A DNA stretch of 64,000 bases from an uncultured delta proteobacterium (GTDB taxonomy: Bacteria; Myxococcota_A; UBA9160; SMWR01), in the NCBI GenBank assembly GCA_963832165.1, contig CAWHTE010000011.1:256001-320000 (forward strand), read 5' to 3'. Position numbers and translations under genes: made by a program. Each line of letters begins with the position of its first letter. Within the stretch, counting starts at the first letter, position 1. The notes below the pieces were generated by a model that saw only the letters and a program-made list of their open reading frames with translations, searched no databases and had not been told where the DNA came from. This document shows positions 54,095 to 64,000 of the stretch, piece after piece.

Positions 54095-54744
54095 TCCGGC
54101 AGCTCGTTACCCGACTGTTCCGCCACCATGTACGCGGCGTACCAGTCGGGCCAGTTCTCATCCCTTTGACCGCCGGTCCGGGCCTCGTGCTCGCCGTGGG
54201 CATTCGCCGCGCGCCGAAACGCGCTCGCCAGATCGTTCGCCGACGCGAAGCTCGTCGTCGCGGAGTCGATGCGACCGGCGAGCCGCGACGTCACCTCCTG
54301 GAGCAACCAGCCGTTCCCGTCGGGATCACGGAACGAGGCGAAGGAGCGGTAGCTGCCGTGCTCGGGATCCGGACCGCTGACGCGAACGCGCCCGAATAGA
54401 TAGGGCTCGTCGGATCCAGCGCGCACGCCGGCGCTGTGGAACACCTCGCTCACCGTGACGCCGCGACCGAGCAGTTCTTTGCGCGCGGCCTCGAGGTCGG
54501 AGACGACGAGATAGAGGCCCTGCGCCGAGCCCGGTGCCGCCGCAGTCACGTTCTTGCCGAAGATGACCGAGCACCCCGAGCCGGGCGGCGTGAACTGGAT
54601 CACGCGGAAGTCCTTGCCCTCGTCGAAGTCGGCGTCGAGCCTCCATCCGAGGCGCGCGTAGAACTCCTTCGCGCGGTCGACGTCCGACACGGGAATGACC
54701 ACGATCTCGAACTTCATGTCGTTGCTGCCGTTCGTCCTGCTCAT
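54091..54744 (-). CDS. VOC/glyoxalase family protein
   Basis: IPVSDVDRAKEFY, QFTPPGSGCS, SFRDPDGNGWLLQE. Confidence 0.9.
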   Translation of the reverse strand: MSRTNGSNDMKFEIVVIPVSDVDRAKEFYARLGWRLDADFDEGKDFRVIQFTPPGSGCSVIFGKNVTAAAPGSAQGLYLVVSDLEAARKELLGRGVTVSEVFHSAGVRAGSDEPYLFGRVRVSGPDPEHGSYRSFASFRDPDGNGWLLQEVTSRLAGRIDSATTSFASANDLASAFRRAANAHGEHEARTGGQRDENWPDWYAAYMVAEQSGNELPE

Positions 54745-54822
54745 CGCGACCTCCTCGAGTCGTGAGATCCCTCGATATGTCGATCTGTCGGCAGCGAGCT
54801 GTTGGGCCGAAGGCTTCGCTGA

Positions 54823-55278
54823 TCATCCCTCCGAGAGCTTCTTCTTGCGGTCCATCCAGCCGCGCACCATGTCCTTGAAGTGCGCCGGGTTGTAGATGTC
54901 CTCTTCGTAGGACCACTTCAGATTGCCCGCGTACTTGAGCAGCGTGAAGTTGTAGGCCTGGTGCAGGCTGCCGTCGCCCGGGTCGACCATGCGGTTCCAC
55001 ACCTGCGCGATCACCCAGCCCTTCTCCTCATCGATCGTGTACCACTCGATCGGGAAGTACTTCATCTCGCAGTTGATCGGCGCGGACATCGTCGTGCTGA
55101 TCCAGCGCCGGATCGCCTCGCGTCCGCCCATCGTGCCGTAGAGGTGCTCGATGTACGTGGCGTCTTCGGTGAACTGCTCCGACCATTCGTCCCAGTTGCC
55201 GCTCTTGCCAGCTTCGAGCGCCAGGCGCTGATAGTTCTCGAACGCTTCCTCGAGCTCGGCGCGGCTCCACTTGCTCAT
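54823..55278 (-). CDS. NTF2/SnoaL-like protein
   Basis: FTEDATYIEH..GREAIR..EEDIYNP. Confidence 0.85.
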   Translation of the reverse strand: MSKWSRAELEEAFENYQRLALEAGKSGNWDEWSEQFTEDATYIEHLYGTMGGREAIRRWISTTMSAPINCEMKYFPIEWYTIDEEKGWVIAQVWNRMVDPGDGSLHQAYNFTLLKYAGNLKWSYEEDIYNPAHFKDMVRGWMDRKKKLSEG

Positions 55279-55342
55279 GGCGGTCGTCCTCACGGTGGGG
55301 GTTGGACCGCCACGATACCACGGCGCGCTGGCGCAGCGGTCC

Positions 55343-56533
55343 TCAGCGACCCGTTGCCGGCGCCGGGACGTCGAGCACGATGGCGGTCGACATGCCGCCG
55401 CCCGCGCACATCGCCGCGACACCGGTGCCGCCGCCGCGGCGCCGCAGCTCGTGTACGAGCGTGATCACCATGCGCGCGCCGGTCATCGCGATCGGATGAC
55501 CGAGGCTGCAGCCGCTCCCGAGCACGTTCACCCTCGCGTCGTCGATGCCGAGCACCTTGCACGTGCCGACACACATCGACGCGAACGCCTCGTTGAGCTC
55601 CCAGAGGTCGATGTCGCTGACCTTGAGCCCGGCCCGCGCCAGTGCCTTCGGGATCGCGACGGTCGGCGCGAGGCCCGTGCGTTCGGGGGCCACGCCTGCC
55701 GACGCCCACGCGCGCACGATCGCGAGCGGCTCGAGCCCGTTGGCTTCCGCGGTCGCGTCGTCGGTGATGACCATCGCCGCGGCACCGTCGTTGAGACCCG
55801 AGGAGTTTCCTGCGGTGATGCTGAAGCCCTCGATCTCGGGATGCATCGGCGGGAGCGCGGCCAGCGCGTCGAGCGTCGTTGCGCGGCGCGGATGCTCGTC
55901 GGTGTCGAACGAGGTGGTCGAGCCGTCCGCGCGCTTCACGTCGATCGGTGCGATCTCCTCCTCGAAGCTGCCGTTGTCGATGCCGGCGACGGCGCGTTGG
56001 TGCGAGCGCGCTGCCCACGCGTCCATCTCCTGGCGCGACACGCCGGCCTCGACCGCGGCGTTCCAGCCCACGGTGATCGACATGTCGAGGTTGGGTGCGG
56101 CGGGTGTGTTGCGGTGGCTCGGCGACATCCAGTCCGCCCACTCCTGCGTGCCGCTCTTGCGCCGCATCGAACGCGGCGACGTCGACATGGAGTGGGTCCC
56201 ACCCGCGATGACGACGCGATCCATGCCGGCGCGAATCGAGCCCGCGGCGGTCGTGACCGCGGTCAGGCCGGCCGCACAGTGTCGATTGACGGCCGCGCCC
56301 GGCACGTGTTCGATGCCCGCCTCGATCGCCACGTAGCGGGCGATGTCGCCGCCGCCGTACAGCGTCTCGGCGATCACGATGTCGTCGACCAACGCGGGAT
56401 CGAGTCCGGACCGCCGCAGCGCGGCGACGACCACGTGTTGGGCCAACGCGAACGCGTCGACGTCGACCAGCGTGCCCTTGAAAGCGCGGCCGATCGGCGT
56501 CCGCGCCGTCGAGACGATCACGGCATCAGGCAT
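55343..56533 (-). CDS. Thiolase family protein (acetyl-CoA C-acyltransferase)
   Basis: ARTPIG, VNRHCAAG, TAGNSSGLNDGA, ELNEAF, LGHPIAMTG, MCAGGG. Confidence 0.95.
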   Translation of the reverse strand: MPDAVIVSTARTPIGRAFKGTLVDVDAFALAQHVVVAALRRSGLDPALVDDIVIAETLYGGGDIARYVAIEAGIEHVPGAAVNRHCAAGLTAVTTAAGSIRAGMDRVVIAGGTHSMSTSPRSMRRKSGTQEWADWMSPSHRNTPAAPNLDMSITVGWNAAVEAGVSRQEMDAWAARSHQRAVAGIDNGSFEEEIAPIDVKRADGSTTSFDTDEHPRRATTLDALAALPPMHPEIEGFSITAGNSSGLNDGAAAMVITDDATAEANGLEPLAIVRAWASAGVAPERTGLAPTVAIPKALARAGLKVSDIDLWELNEAFASMCVGTCKVLGIDDARVNVLGSGCSLGHPIAMTGARMVITLVHELRRRGGGTGVAAMCAGGGMSTAIVLDVPAPATGR

Positions 56534-56691
56534 GGGTCTCTCTTCTCCTTCGATTCCTTCGTGGTCGACACAATGCGACCGGCACGTTGGCATATCCCGC
56601 GACGTTCGACATGCCCCCAGCTTGTTTCAACCTATGCTCGCGCCGTGCGCCAGCCGGGCTCCCGTCGGAGCCCGCGGCTTGGGGGAGACCA

Positions 56692-57567
56692 GTGCAGGTC
56701 GGTGTCATCGGATTGGGCAACATCGGCGGACCCGTGGCCCGCAACCTCGTCGCGGACGGCCACGACGTGGTCGTGTTCGACGTCGACCACGAGCGCTCCG
56801 CGGCCGTCGCAGGCGCGCGTGCGGTTGCGTCCGTCGCCGACGTCGGCGCGGCCAGCGAGGTGACCGTGCTGTCGTTGCCTACGCCCGCGGTCGTGCGCGC
56901 GGTTGCCGAAGAGTGGGCCACGACCGCGGCACCCGACGCGGTGCTCGTCGACCTGTCGACGAACAGCCCCGACGTGGTGCGCGAGCTCGGCGCGCGCCTC
57001 CGGGCGACCGGCCACCACCTGGTCGAGGCGCCACTCACCGGCGGCGCGATCGGTGCGCAGAAGCGGATGCTGTCGTTCATGGTCGGCGGCGATGACCGCG
57101 CGGTCGCTCACGTGAAGCCCGTGCTCGAACCGCTCGGCCGCGCGTTCGTGCACCTGGGGCCGCTCGGGCTCGGCAACACGATGAAGCTCGTGAACAGCCT
57201 CGTCGCCTTCACCACCACGTGGGTGAGTCTCGAGGGACTCTCGCTCGCGGCCAAGTCGGGCATCCCCGTGCCGCGCGCCGTCGAGGTGTTGCGCACCAAC
57301 GGCGTCGCCAACTTCTACCTCGACCGCATGGTCCAGAACATCGACACCCGCAACGGACCGACCCAGTTCGCGCTCGGCCTCGCCGCCAAGGACGCGGGTC
57401 TCATCGTCGAGACGGGCCGCGCGCTCGGCGTGCCCACGCCCGCCGGTGCCGCCGTGATGCAGGTGCTCGTCGGCGCGATCGCCGCCGGCCTCGGCGATCA
57501 CGACTGGGCCGACCTCGTCGTCGCCGCCGAACGCCAAGGCGACGTCGAGCTCCGCTGGAAGAGCTGA
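56692..57567 (+). CDS. 3-hydroxyisobutyrate dehydrogenase-family oxidoreductase
   Basis: VGVIGLGNIG, VDLST, EAPLTGG, MKLVN, AAKDAG. Confidence 0.9.
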   Translation: MQVGVIGLGNIGGPVARNLVADGHDVVVFDVDHERSAAVAGARAVASVADVGAASEVTVLSLPTPAVVRAVAEEWATTAAPDAVLVDLSTNSPDVVRELGARLRATGHHLVEAPLTGGAIGAQKRMLSFMVGGDDRAVAHVKPVLEPLGRAFVHLGPLGLGNTMKLVNSLVAFTTTWVSLEGLSLAAKSGIPVPRAVEVLRTNGVANFYLDRMVQNIDTRNGPTQFALGLAAKDAGLIVETGRALGVPTPAGAAVMQVLVGAIAAGLGDHDWADLVVAAERQGDVELRWKS

Positions 57568-57570
57568 CAT

Positions 57571-57664
57571 TTCTTGTAGGGCGGATTAGCGAGCGAAGCG
57601 AGCGTAATCCGCGTGCAGCCGCTCGCGGATTACGGGCCTTCGGCCCTAATCCGCCCTACGAGAA
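57571..57664. repeat. GTAG-type REP doublet (inverted pair, REPIN-like)
   Basis: TTCTTGTAGGGCGGATTAG...CTAATCCGCCCTACGAGAA terminal inverted repeat; inner hairpins GGATTA..TAATCC; lies between convergent genes. Confidence 0.88.
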
Positions 57665-57678
57665 CTGACGAGGGCGTG

Positions 57679-58062
57679 TCAGTCGGGGGTGCCGAGGACG
57701 TCGGCGGCCACGCGGAGCGAAGAGACGGCGGCGGGCACGCCCGCGTAGACGGCAACCTGCATCAGCGCCTCGACCAACTCCTCGCGCGTGAGCCCGACGT
57801 TGAGCGCGCCGGCGAGGTGACCGCGCAGCTCCTCGTGGTGGCCGAGCGCGGCGAGCATCGCGCAGGTGATGAGTGACCGGTCGCGCGTGGGCAGCCCCGG
57901 TCGCGTCCAGATCATCCCGAACGCGGTCTGCTGCACATAGTCGAAGAAGTCGGGCGCGAGCCTGGCCGCCGGGAACTTCCCCGCCGGCGCGTTCCGGAGC
58001 GCGGGCCAGAGCTGACCCTGGATCTCCTTGCCCGCGGCTCGCAGATCGTCGTCGGTCGGCAT
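57679..58062 (-). CDS. Carboxymuconolactone decarboxylase family protein
   Basis: FGMIWTRPGL..RDRSLIT..ELRGH..VYAGVP. Confidence 0.9.
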   Translation of the reverse strand: MPTDDDLRAAGKEIQGQLWPALRNAPAGKFPAARLAPDFFDYVQQTAFGMIWTRPGLPTRDRSLITCAMLAALGHHEELRGHLAGALNVGLTREELVEALMQVAVYAGVPAAVSSLRVAADVLGTPD

Positions 58063-58149
58063 GTGAACGCTCCCTTCGTTGGCTCATTCGTGAGCTCTCG
58101 ATTCACTTCTCGCGCGGACTCTCCGACGATACAGTGTGGAGGGCGCACC

Positions 58150-59226
58150 ATGCTCCGTTTGCGCAGAATCGCGTTTCTCGGGTTGGCAGGCATCGCACTA
58201 GCGACCGAGATCGCTTCCGGCGAACCGCTCCATCCAGCCCGAGTTTCGATCGGGCGCCACCTGACGGTGAAGAGCGCGGGACCGAGCGTATGCCCGGCCC
58301 ACAACGTGTTCTTCCCAGGACAGCCGATTCGGATCCATGGCTCCGGTTTCGACCATGGAGCCGTCGTCACCATCTACTTCGGCGTGGGTGATGCCGATGC
58401 CGATCTAGCGGTTCTAGGGTCGGCGACCGCCGATGCTTCGGGTGCTCTCAATGCGACGGTGACCATCCCAGCCGGACTGTCGACGCCAACGCTTGCAATG
58501 ATGGAGGCGCGCGGCCCGACATCCAGAAAAACGCTCTACCTATCCGCGCTGCTGCCGCTTGCCAGCTCGTCGGGTCCGGATGTGGACTCGGACACCGTGC
58601 CCGACGTCTGTGACGACTGTCGGGAAATTGCGAACGCCGGACAGGAAGACGACGACCATGATGGGATCGGAAACGTCTGCGACGCTTGTCCGCTCGATTC
58701 CGTCAATGACAGCGACGGTGATGGGCAGTGTAGAAACACCGACGTTTGTCCATTCAGCGCGGACAACGACGTCGATGGAGACGGGCGCTGCGGTGATGAA
58801 GACAACTGCCCCAAGGTCGCCAACGCAGACCAGAAGGACTGGGACCAGAATGACATCGGGGATGCGTGCCAGAAGGCCCCGACGTGCTCGGACGGAATCG
58901 ACAACGATCGCGATGGACTGAGCGACCATCCATCCGACCCGGGTTGTTCAGACGCCACTGATGGTTCCGAGACCAATCCCGCTCTGCACTGCGATGACGG
59001 CTTCGATAACGATGAGGATGGATGGACGGACTACCGACGAGGTGGCACGGGAGATCCCGGGTGCGGCTCTGGGGGAGATACCGCTGAAGATCCACAGTGC
59101 GACGACGGTATCGACAATGACGGCGACGGTAAGTTCGATTGGGACGGCGACAACCAAGCGTTTGAGGCCGACCCGGAGTGCCACGGCGCGGGCTCTGCCA
59201 CTTCGGAATCGCCACCGGCCCGTTAG
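58150..59226 (+). CDS. Secreted thrombospondin type-3 / Cys-Asp-rich repeat protein
   Basis: Signal peptide, Ig-like segment, DNCPKVANADQKD..IGDAC TSP3 repeats, CSDGIDNDRDG..DPGC repeats. Confidence 0.85.
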   Translation: MLRLRRIAFLGLAGIALATEIASGEPLHPARVSIGRHLTVKSAGPSVCPAHNVFFPGQPIRIHGSGFDHGAVVTIYFGVGDADADLAVLGSATADASGALNATVTIPAGLSTPTLAMMEARGPTSRKTLYLSALLPLASSSGPDVDSDTVPDVCDDCREIANAGQEDDDHDGIGNVCDACPLDSVNDSDGDGQCRNTDVCPFSADNDVDGDGRCGDEDNCPKVANADQKDWDQNDIGDACQKAPTCSDGIDNDRDGLSDHPSDPGCSDATDGSETNPALHCDDGFDNDEDGWTDYRRGGTGDPGCGSGGDTAEDPQCDDGIDNDGDGKFDWDGDNQAFEADPECHGAGSATSESPPAR

Positions 59227-59273
59227 TTGTCTCCGAGCCGGTCCATCACCGCGCGCACGACCCCGGCCACGCT

Positions 59274-60299
59274 CTACTTGCCAGGACCGTCAGCGATCAG
59301 CGCCAGCGCGGCTGCCGGATCCCGGCGGCATTCGAGCAGTGCGCTCAACATGAGCGGCACGACCATCGTGGCGTCCGACTCGATGACGAACATCGGTGTG
59401 TCGGCCGTCAGCTTGTCCCAGGTGATCTTCTCGTTCGGCGTCGCCCCGGAGTACGAGCCGTACGAGGTGGTGGAGTCGGAAATCTGACAGAAATAGGCCC
59501 AGGGACTGACCGGACGCTCGAGATCGTATTTCACCGACGGCACGACGCAGATCGGGAAGTCACCGGCGATGCCGCCGCCGATCTGGAAGAAACCGACACC
59601 GGCTCCCGCGGAGAGCTGCTCGTACGAATCGTAGAACGCGGCCATCGCCTCGATGCCCGACTTGGCGATCGCGGCGCTGCATTCGCCCATCTTGACGTGC
59701 GCCGCGAAGATGTTGCCGAACGTCGAGTCTTCGTAGCCCGGCACCACTATCGGCAGCTGCGCGCGCGCCGCGGCGAGCAGCCAACATTCCTCGGGTTCAC
59801 CCTGGCACAGGGCCGGCTCGATCATCTGCACCAGCTCGTAGAAGTACTCGTGCCAGAAGCGGCGTTCGCCGGTCGCGTTCGCCTGCTTCCACATCGGCAC
59901 GATGTATTTCTCGACCGCGCGGAAGGCCTCGTCCTCGGGGATCGAAGTGTCGGTCACGCGCCGCATCCGATCATTCAGAATGCGCGTGTCGTCGTCTTTG
60001 GTGAAGTAGCGGTAGTCGGGGAAATCCTTGTAGTGGTCGTGCGCGACGAGTCGAAACAGCGATTCCTCCAGGTTGGCGCCGGTCACCGACAAGCCGTGCA
60101 CCAGCCCGGCGCGAATCGCGGGCGCGAGCGTGATTCCGATCTGCGCCGAAGACATCGCTCCGGCCATCGCCCAGAACATCTTGCCGCCGCTCTCGATGTG
60201 GTCCCAGTATGCGAGCAGCGCATTGCGCAACGCGCGCGCGTTGAAGTTGGTGTAGTTGCGCAGAACAAACTCGAGCATGGGAAGGTTCGTCGTGCTCAA
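59274..60299 (-). CDS. Deoxyhypusine synthase-like protein
   Basis: [52 protein letters not shown] start overlaps the upstream stop. Confidence 0.88.
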   Translation of the reverse strand: MSTTNLPMLEFVLRNYTNFNARALRNALLAYWDHIESGGKMFWAMAGAMSSAQIGITLAPAIRAGLVHGLSVTGANLEESLFRLVAHDHYKDFPDYRYFTKDDDTRILNDRMRRVTDTSIPEDEAFRAVEKYIVPMWKQANATGERRFWHEYFYELVQMIEPALCQGEPEECWLLAAARAQLPIVVPGYEDSTFGNIFAAHVKMGECSAAIAKSGIEAMAAFYDSYEQLSAGAGVGFFQIGGGIAGDFPICVVPSVKYDLERPVSPWAYFCQISDSTTSYGSYSGATPNEKITWDKLTADTPMFVIESDATMVVPLMLSALLECRRDPAAALALIADGPGK

Positions 60300-62330
60300 A
60301 CCAGTTCCTCCGGATCCACGATCGGCAGGGAGCAGGTGGTGCCGTGGCACACGTAGGCGGCGGGCCGCCCGTCGACCGGCCCGCGGCCCGCGAGCCAGCT
60401 CTCCTCGACGCGTGCGGGCGACGTGCCCGGCGCCGCCACCACGACCGCGTCGTCCGGGCCGAGCACACGGCGCGCGCGCGCCGCGAGTGCTCGGGTGGCG
60501 GGGTCGGCCGGATCGCCCGCGATCAGCGCGAGCGATCCGCCGCGCTCCGCGAACAGCGCGGCGCGTGCGAGCGTCGGGAACGCCTCGGGCATGCGCTCGA
60601 GCGCGGGGCCGTTCGTGCGCAGCACGCGCAGCGCGACGTCGCGCAGGTCGTCGCGGCCCGAGATCTGCGCCGCGCGCAGCAGCGCGAGCACGGCGAGCCC
60701 GGTCGAGTGCGGCGTGGCGCCGTCGTGGTCGGAGCGCGGGCGCTGCGCGAGCGGCTCGCCGTCGGAGGGCGTCAGGAAGAGATCGCCCTCGCCCGGCGTC
60801 GAAGAAGCGCGTCGACGATCGCACGGGCGAGATCCAGCGCGCGCGCGAGGAAGCGGTCGCCCGCGCCCGCGCGGTAGAGATCGAGGTCCGCTTCGAGCAG
60901 CGCCGCGTGGTCGTCGAGGAACGCGAGCACGTGCGCGCGCCCCTCGTTCCAGATCCGCAGCAGGCGACGGTCCTCGTCGTGCAGCTGGTCGGCGAGGAAG
61001 TCGGCGGCAGCCGCGGCGTCGGCGAGCATCGCCGCGTCGCCGAGCAGCGAGCCCGCGCGCGCGAGCCCGGAGATGCACAGCGCATTCCACGAGGTGACGC
61101 GCTTGTGGTCGGTGCCGGGCGCGATGCGCGAGCTGCGCGCCGCGAAGAGCTGTCCGCGCTCGCCCGCGAACTCCGAGCGCGGCTTGCGCGCGCGATCCAT
61201 CAGCACCGTGGTGCCGTGCTCGAAGTTGCCGCGCTCGGTGACCGAGTAGGCGTCGCAGAAGGCTTCGGCCGCGCTCGCCGAGCACGGCGCGCTGCCGATG
61301 CGGGCGTCCACACGTAGAAGAGGCCCTCTTCACCCTCGCTGTCGGCGTCCTGGCTCGCATACCAGCCGCCGTCGGGTGCGCGCAGCTCGCGGTGCAGGAA
61401 CATCGCGGTCTCGCGTATGGGCCACACGAGATCCTCGTCGTTCGCGCCGCTGCGCCGCCACGCCTCGGTGTAGGTGCGCAGCAGCTGGCCCTGGTCGTAG
61501 AGCATCTTCTCGAAGTGCGGCACGCACCAGCGCGCGTCCACGCTGTAGCGGTGGAAGCCGCCGCCGAGATGATCGTAGAGGCCACCGCGCGCCATCTCGC
61601 GGCACGTGAGCACGACGTGGTCGAGCGCCTCGCGCGCCTTGTGCGCAGGCAGCACGTCGCCCGCCGCGAGCAGCAGGTCGAGCGACGTCGGAGTGGGGAA
61701 CTTCGGCGCGCCGCCGAATCCGCCGTGCTCGGTGTCGGCGCGCTGGAGCAGGCGCATCGCGCCCTGCGCGGCGACCTGCGCGCCGGGCACGGTGTCGCCC
61801 GCGAGCGGGCGCCGCGCGAGCGCCTCGGTGATCTCGTCGGCGCTGCGCACGACCTCGTCGCGGCGTTCGCGGTACGCCTGCGCGACGCCCGCGAGCACCT
61901 GGCGGAACGCGGGCATGCCATGGCGCGGTTCGGGCGGGTAGTAGGTGCCGCCGTAGAAGGGCCGGCCGTCGGGCGTGCAGAACACGGTGAGCGGCCAGCC
62001 GCCGTGGCCGGTCAGGCCCGTCACCGTGTCCATGTAGATCTGGTCGACGTCGGGCCGTTCCTCGCGATCGACCTTGATGCACACGAACAGCTCGTTCATG
62101 AGCGCCGCGGTGTCCGCGTCCTCGAACGACTCGTGCTCCATCACGTGGCACCAATGGCACGCGCTGTAGCCGATCGAGACGATCAGCGGCCGGTCCTCGC
62201 GCTGTGCGCGCGCGAGCGCCTCGGGGCCCCAGGGATGCCAGTCCACCGGGTTGTACATGTGCTGGCGCAGGTAGGCGCTCGTCTCGGACGCGAGCCGGTT
62301 CGTCGGGCGATCGGTCGGAGGCGCACTCAA
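60296..62330 (-). CDS. Thioredoxin-domain protein YyaL/DUF255 (SPATA20-like); several frameshifts (about 61270-61300 and 60800-60830)
   Basis: [80 protein letters not shown] across three frames. Confidence 0.9.
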
Positions 62331-62397
62331 GGGGGGCGGAACCTCGCTCGGGGGCGCTTACACTACGCAACCCCTGCATTCCCTGCGAGAGTCGCGC

Positions 62398-63141
62398 TTG
62401 AAGGAGTCGATCGCCAGCGCCGCACAGCGCGCCGCCGCGTATCTGGACGCGCACGGCGATCGGATCACACGCCTGCGCGCGTCCGCGCTGACGGGGCGCG
62501 CGTTCGCATCCGATGTCGTGGCGCAGCTCGCGCCCGAGCCGTCGAACGCGGCCGCGCTGTGCGAGGCGCTCGCGGTGTGCGACGACCTGCGCGCGCTCGG
62601 CGATCCGCGCGTGGCGGAGTGGGCGGAGCCGCTCGCACGCGGTCAGGCGGCGGACGGCGGCTTCGCGCCCGATCTCCCGCTCGAGGCGCGCCTGTTCGAG
62701 ACCGGCATGATCGCGGGGCACCTCGCGAAGACGCGCTACGTGCGTCCCGATCGGCTCGCCGCCGCGGCGGACTTTCTCGCGCAGCACTGGAACCCCGACC
62801 GCGTGCAGGGCGGCTCGTGGTGCGCGATCGCGGCCCACGCGCACTGCTTCGCGAACGTCGACCACGATGCGTCCGACGCCGTGCTGCAGTGGTGCGGGCG
62901 CGAGCTCTCGCGCGCGTTCATCACGCGCGCATTCGATGCCGTGCGCACCGCGCGCGTGCTCGTGTACTGCGACGCGCACGGACTGCCGGGTGCGCAGCTC
63001 GCGCGCGAGGATCTCGTGGTGGCGCTGCTGACCGAGCAGGGCGCGGACGGCGCCTTCCCGACCTGGCAGGGCGAAGGCGCGCGAGACGCGGTCGCATCCA
63101 CGCTCGACGGGCTCGTTGCGCTGGTGCGGCTGGCTGGCTAG
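62398..63141 (+). CDS. Hypothetical protein (helical, prenyltransferase-repeat-like QxxDG motifs)
   Basis: GQAADGGF and EQGADGAF motifs; the ORF fills the gap between known genes. Confidence 0.6.
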   Translation: MKESIASAAQRAAAYLDAHGDRITRLRASALTGRAFASDVVAQLAPEPSNAAALCEALAVCDDLRALGDPRVAEWAEPLARGQAADGGFAPDLPLEARLFETGMIAGHLAKTRYVRPDRLAAAADFLAQHWNPDRVQGGSWCAIAAHAHCFANVDHDASDAVLQWCGRELSRAFITRAFDAVRTARVLVYCDAHGLPGAQLAREDLVVALLTEQGADGAFPTWQGEGARDAVASTLDGLVALVRLAG

Positions 63142-63146
63142 CAAGC

Positions 63147-63224
63147 GGAGCGCGCAGCGAGCTGCAAGTTTCGCGCAGCGAGCCGAAGGCGAGCGAAGAC
63201 CATTCGGTGAGCCGAGCGAAGTTC
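63147..63224 (+). repeat. Composite cluster of the structured short repeat (one full copy flanked by 5' and 3' half copies)
   Basis: GCGCGCAGCGAG (about 63150-61), full copy 63170-63203, GCCGAGCGAAGTTC (63211-24). Confidence 0.8.
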
Positions 63225-63243
63225 GATAAGGTAGGTCGCGCGC

Positions 63244-64000
63244 GTGTTGAACCTCGCCTTCCTCCACGAAGCGATCGCGGCAGCGGTGCCCGGGCGCGAT
63301 TGCCTGGTGTTCCGCGATCGGCGCCTGTCGTGGGCCGACGTGACCGATCGCACGCGCCGGCTCGCACACGTGCTGAGGAGCGCGGGCCTCGGCTGCCGGC
63401 GCGAGCGCGCTGCGCTCGAGAACTGGGAGTCGGGCCAGGACCACGTCGCGCTCTACCTGTCCAACGGCAACGAGTATCTCGAGGGCATGCTCGGCGCGTT
63501 CAAGGCGCGCTGCGTGCCCGTGAACGTGAACTACCGCTACGTCGACGAAGAGCTCGTCTACCTGTTCGAGAACGCGCAGGCGCGCGCGGTGATGTTCCAC
63601 GCGCGCTTCGCGCCCACACTCGCGCGGATCCGCGCGCAGCTCACCGACGTGGTGCTGTGGATCCAGGTCGACGACGGATCCGGCACGCCGCTGCTGCCCG
63701 GCGCGCTCGACTACGAGGCCGCGCTCGCGGGCGCGACTCCCATCGCGCCCGAGGCTCTCTCGCCCGACGACCTCTACGTGCTCTACACGGGAGGCACCAC
63801 GGGCATGCCCAAGGGCGTGCTGTGGCGCCAGGAGGACATCTTCCGCGCGGCGCTCTACCCCCGGCCCGACGCGACCTTCGCAGACGTGGTCGCCTACGCG
63901 CAGAAGGGCGACATCCGCTCGCTGCCCGCGCCGCCGTTCATGCACGGCGCAGCACACTGGGTCGCGTTCAACATGTGGTTCGTCGGCGGCACGATCGTGG
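63244..64000 (+). CDS. Acyl-CoA synthetase (AMP-binding, FadD19-like); 3' partial
   Basis: Manual translation: NLAFLHEAIAAAVPGRDCLVFRDRR..YLEGMLGAFKARCVPVNVNYRY..LYTGGTTGMPKGVLWRQED..PPFMHGAA. Confidence 0.9.
   Translation, partial: MLNLAFLHEAIAAAVPGRDCLVFRDRRLSWADVTDRTRRLAHVLRSAGLGCRRERAALENWESGQDHVALYLSNGNEYLEGMLGAFKARCVPVNVNYRYVDEELVYLFENAQARAVMFHARFAPTLARIRAQLTDVVLWIQVDDGSGTPLLPGALDYEAALAGATPIAPEALSPDDLYVLYTGGTTGMPKGVLWRQEDIFRAALYPRPDATFADVVAYAQKGDIRSLPAPPFMHGAAHWVAFNMWFVGGTIV

Noticed and set aside
58560..59200. Repetitive GACGAC/GACGGC-rich DNA as a CRISPR or tandem array
   Set aside because: It is explained by Asp/Cys-rich protein repeats and has no constant repeat-spacer structure.

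Overview
Gene-dense, high-GC (roughly 70% by eye) bacterial chromosomal segment. PEP-CTERM proteins, a SWIM-SNF2 helicase, TSP3/Cys-rich repeats and many acyl-CoA enzymes suggest a Myxococcota/deltaproteobacterial-type genome (inference). It holds about 65 CDS; I found no rRNA, tRNA, CRISPR array, prophage or transposase. About a dozen genes carry single-base frameshifts, most simply read as uncorrected long-read assembly errors. Main signals: (1) A short structured repeat, core CGCGCAGCGAG-[CCGAAGG or GCGAAGC]-CGAGCGAAG. It folds as a GAA-triloop hairpin with tandem G.A pairs and shows a compensatory change between copies. It occurs intergenically and inside proteins (enoyl-CoA hydratase loop, SNF2 helicase C-terminus) and shares its apical hairpin with three GTAG-type REP elements between convergent genes. 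(2) A dispersed ethylmalonyl-CoA-pathway-like gene set: ecm/meaA with meaB, mesaconyl-CoA hydratase, a Chloroflexus-type malyl-CoA lyase in an operon with a SucCD/MtkAB-like ligase and a mini-ferredoxin, and a divergent Ccr-like reductase next to an orphan pntA(I). (3) An uncharacterised MarR-TauD-cupin-amidohydrolase-PaaK-like catabolic operon with a visible operator. (4) A coupled ABC-F/HflX pair. (5) A candidate sigma-54 promoter and structured leader before a PEP-CTERM gene.
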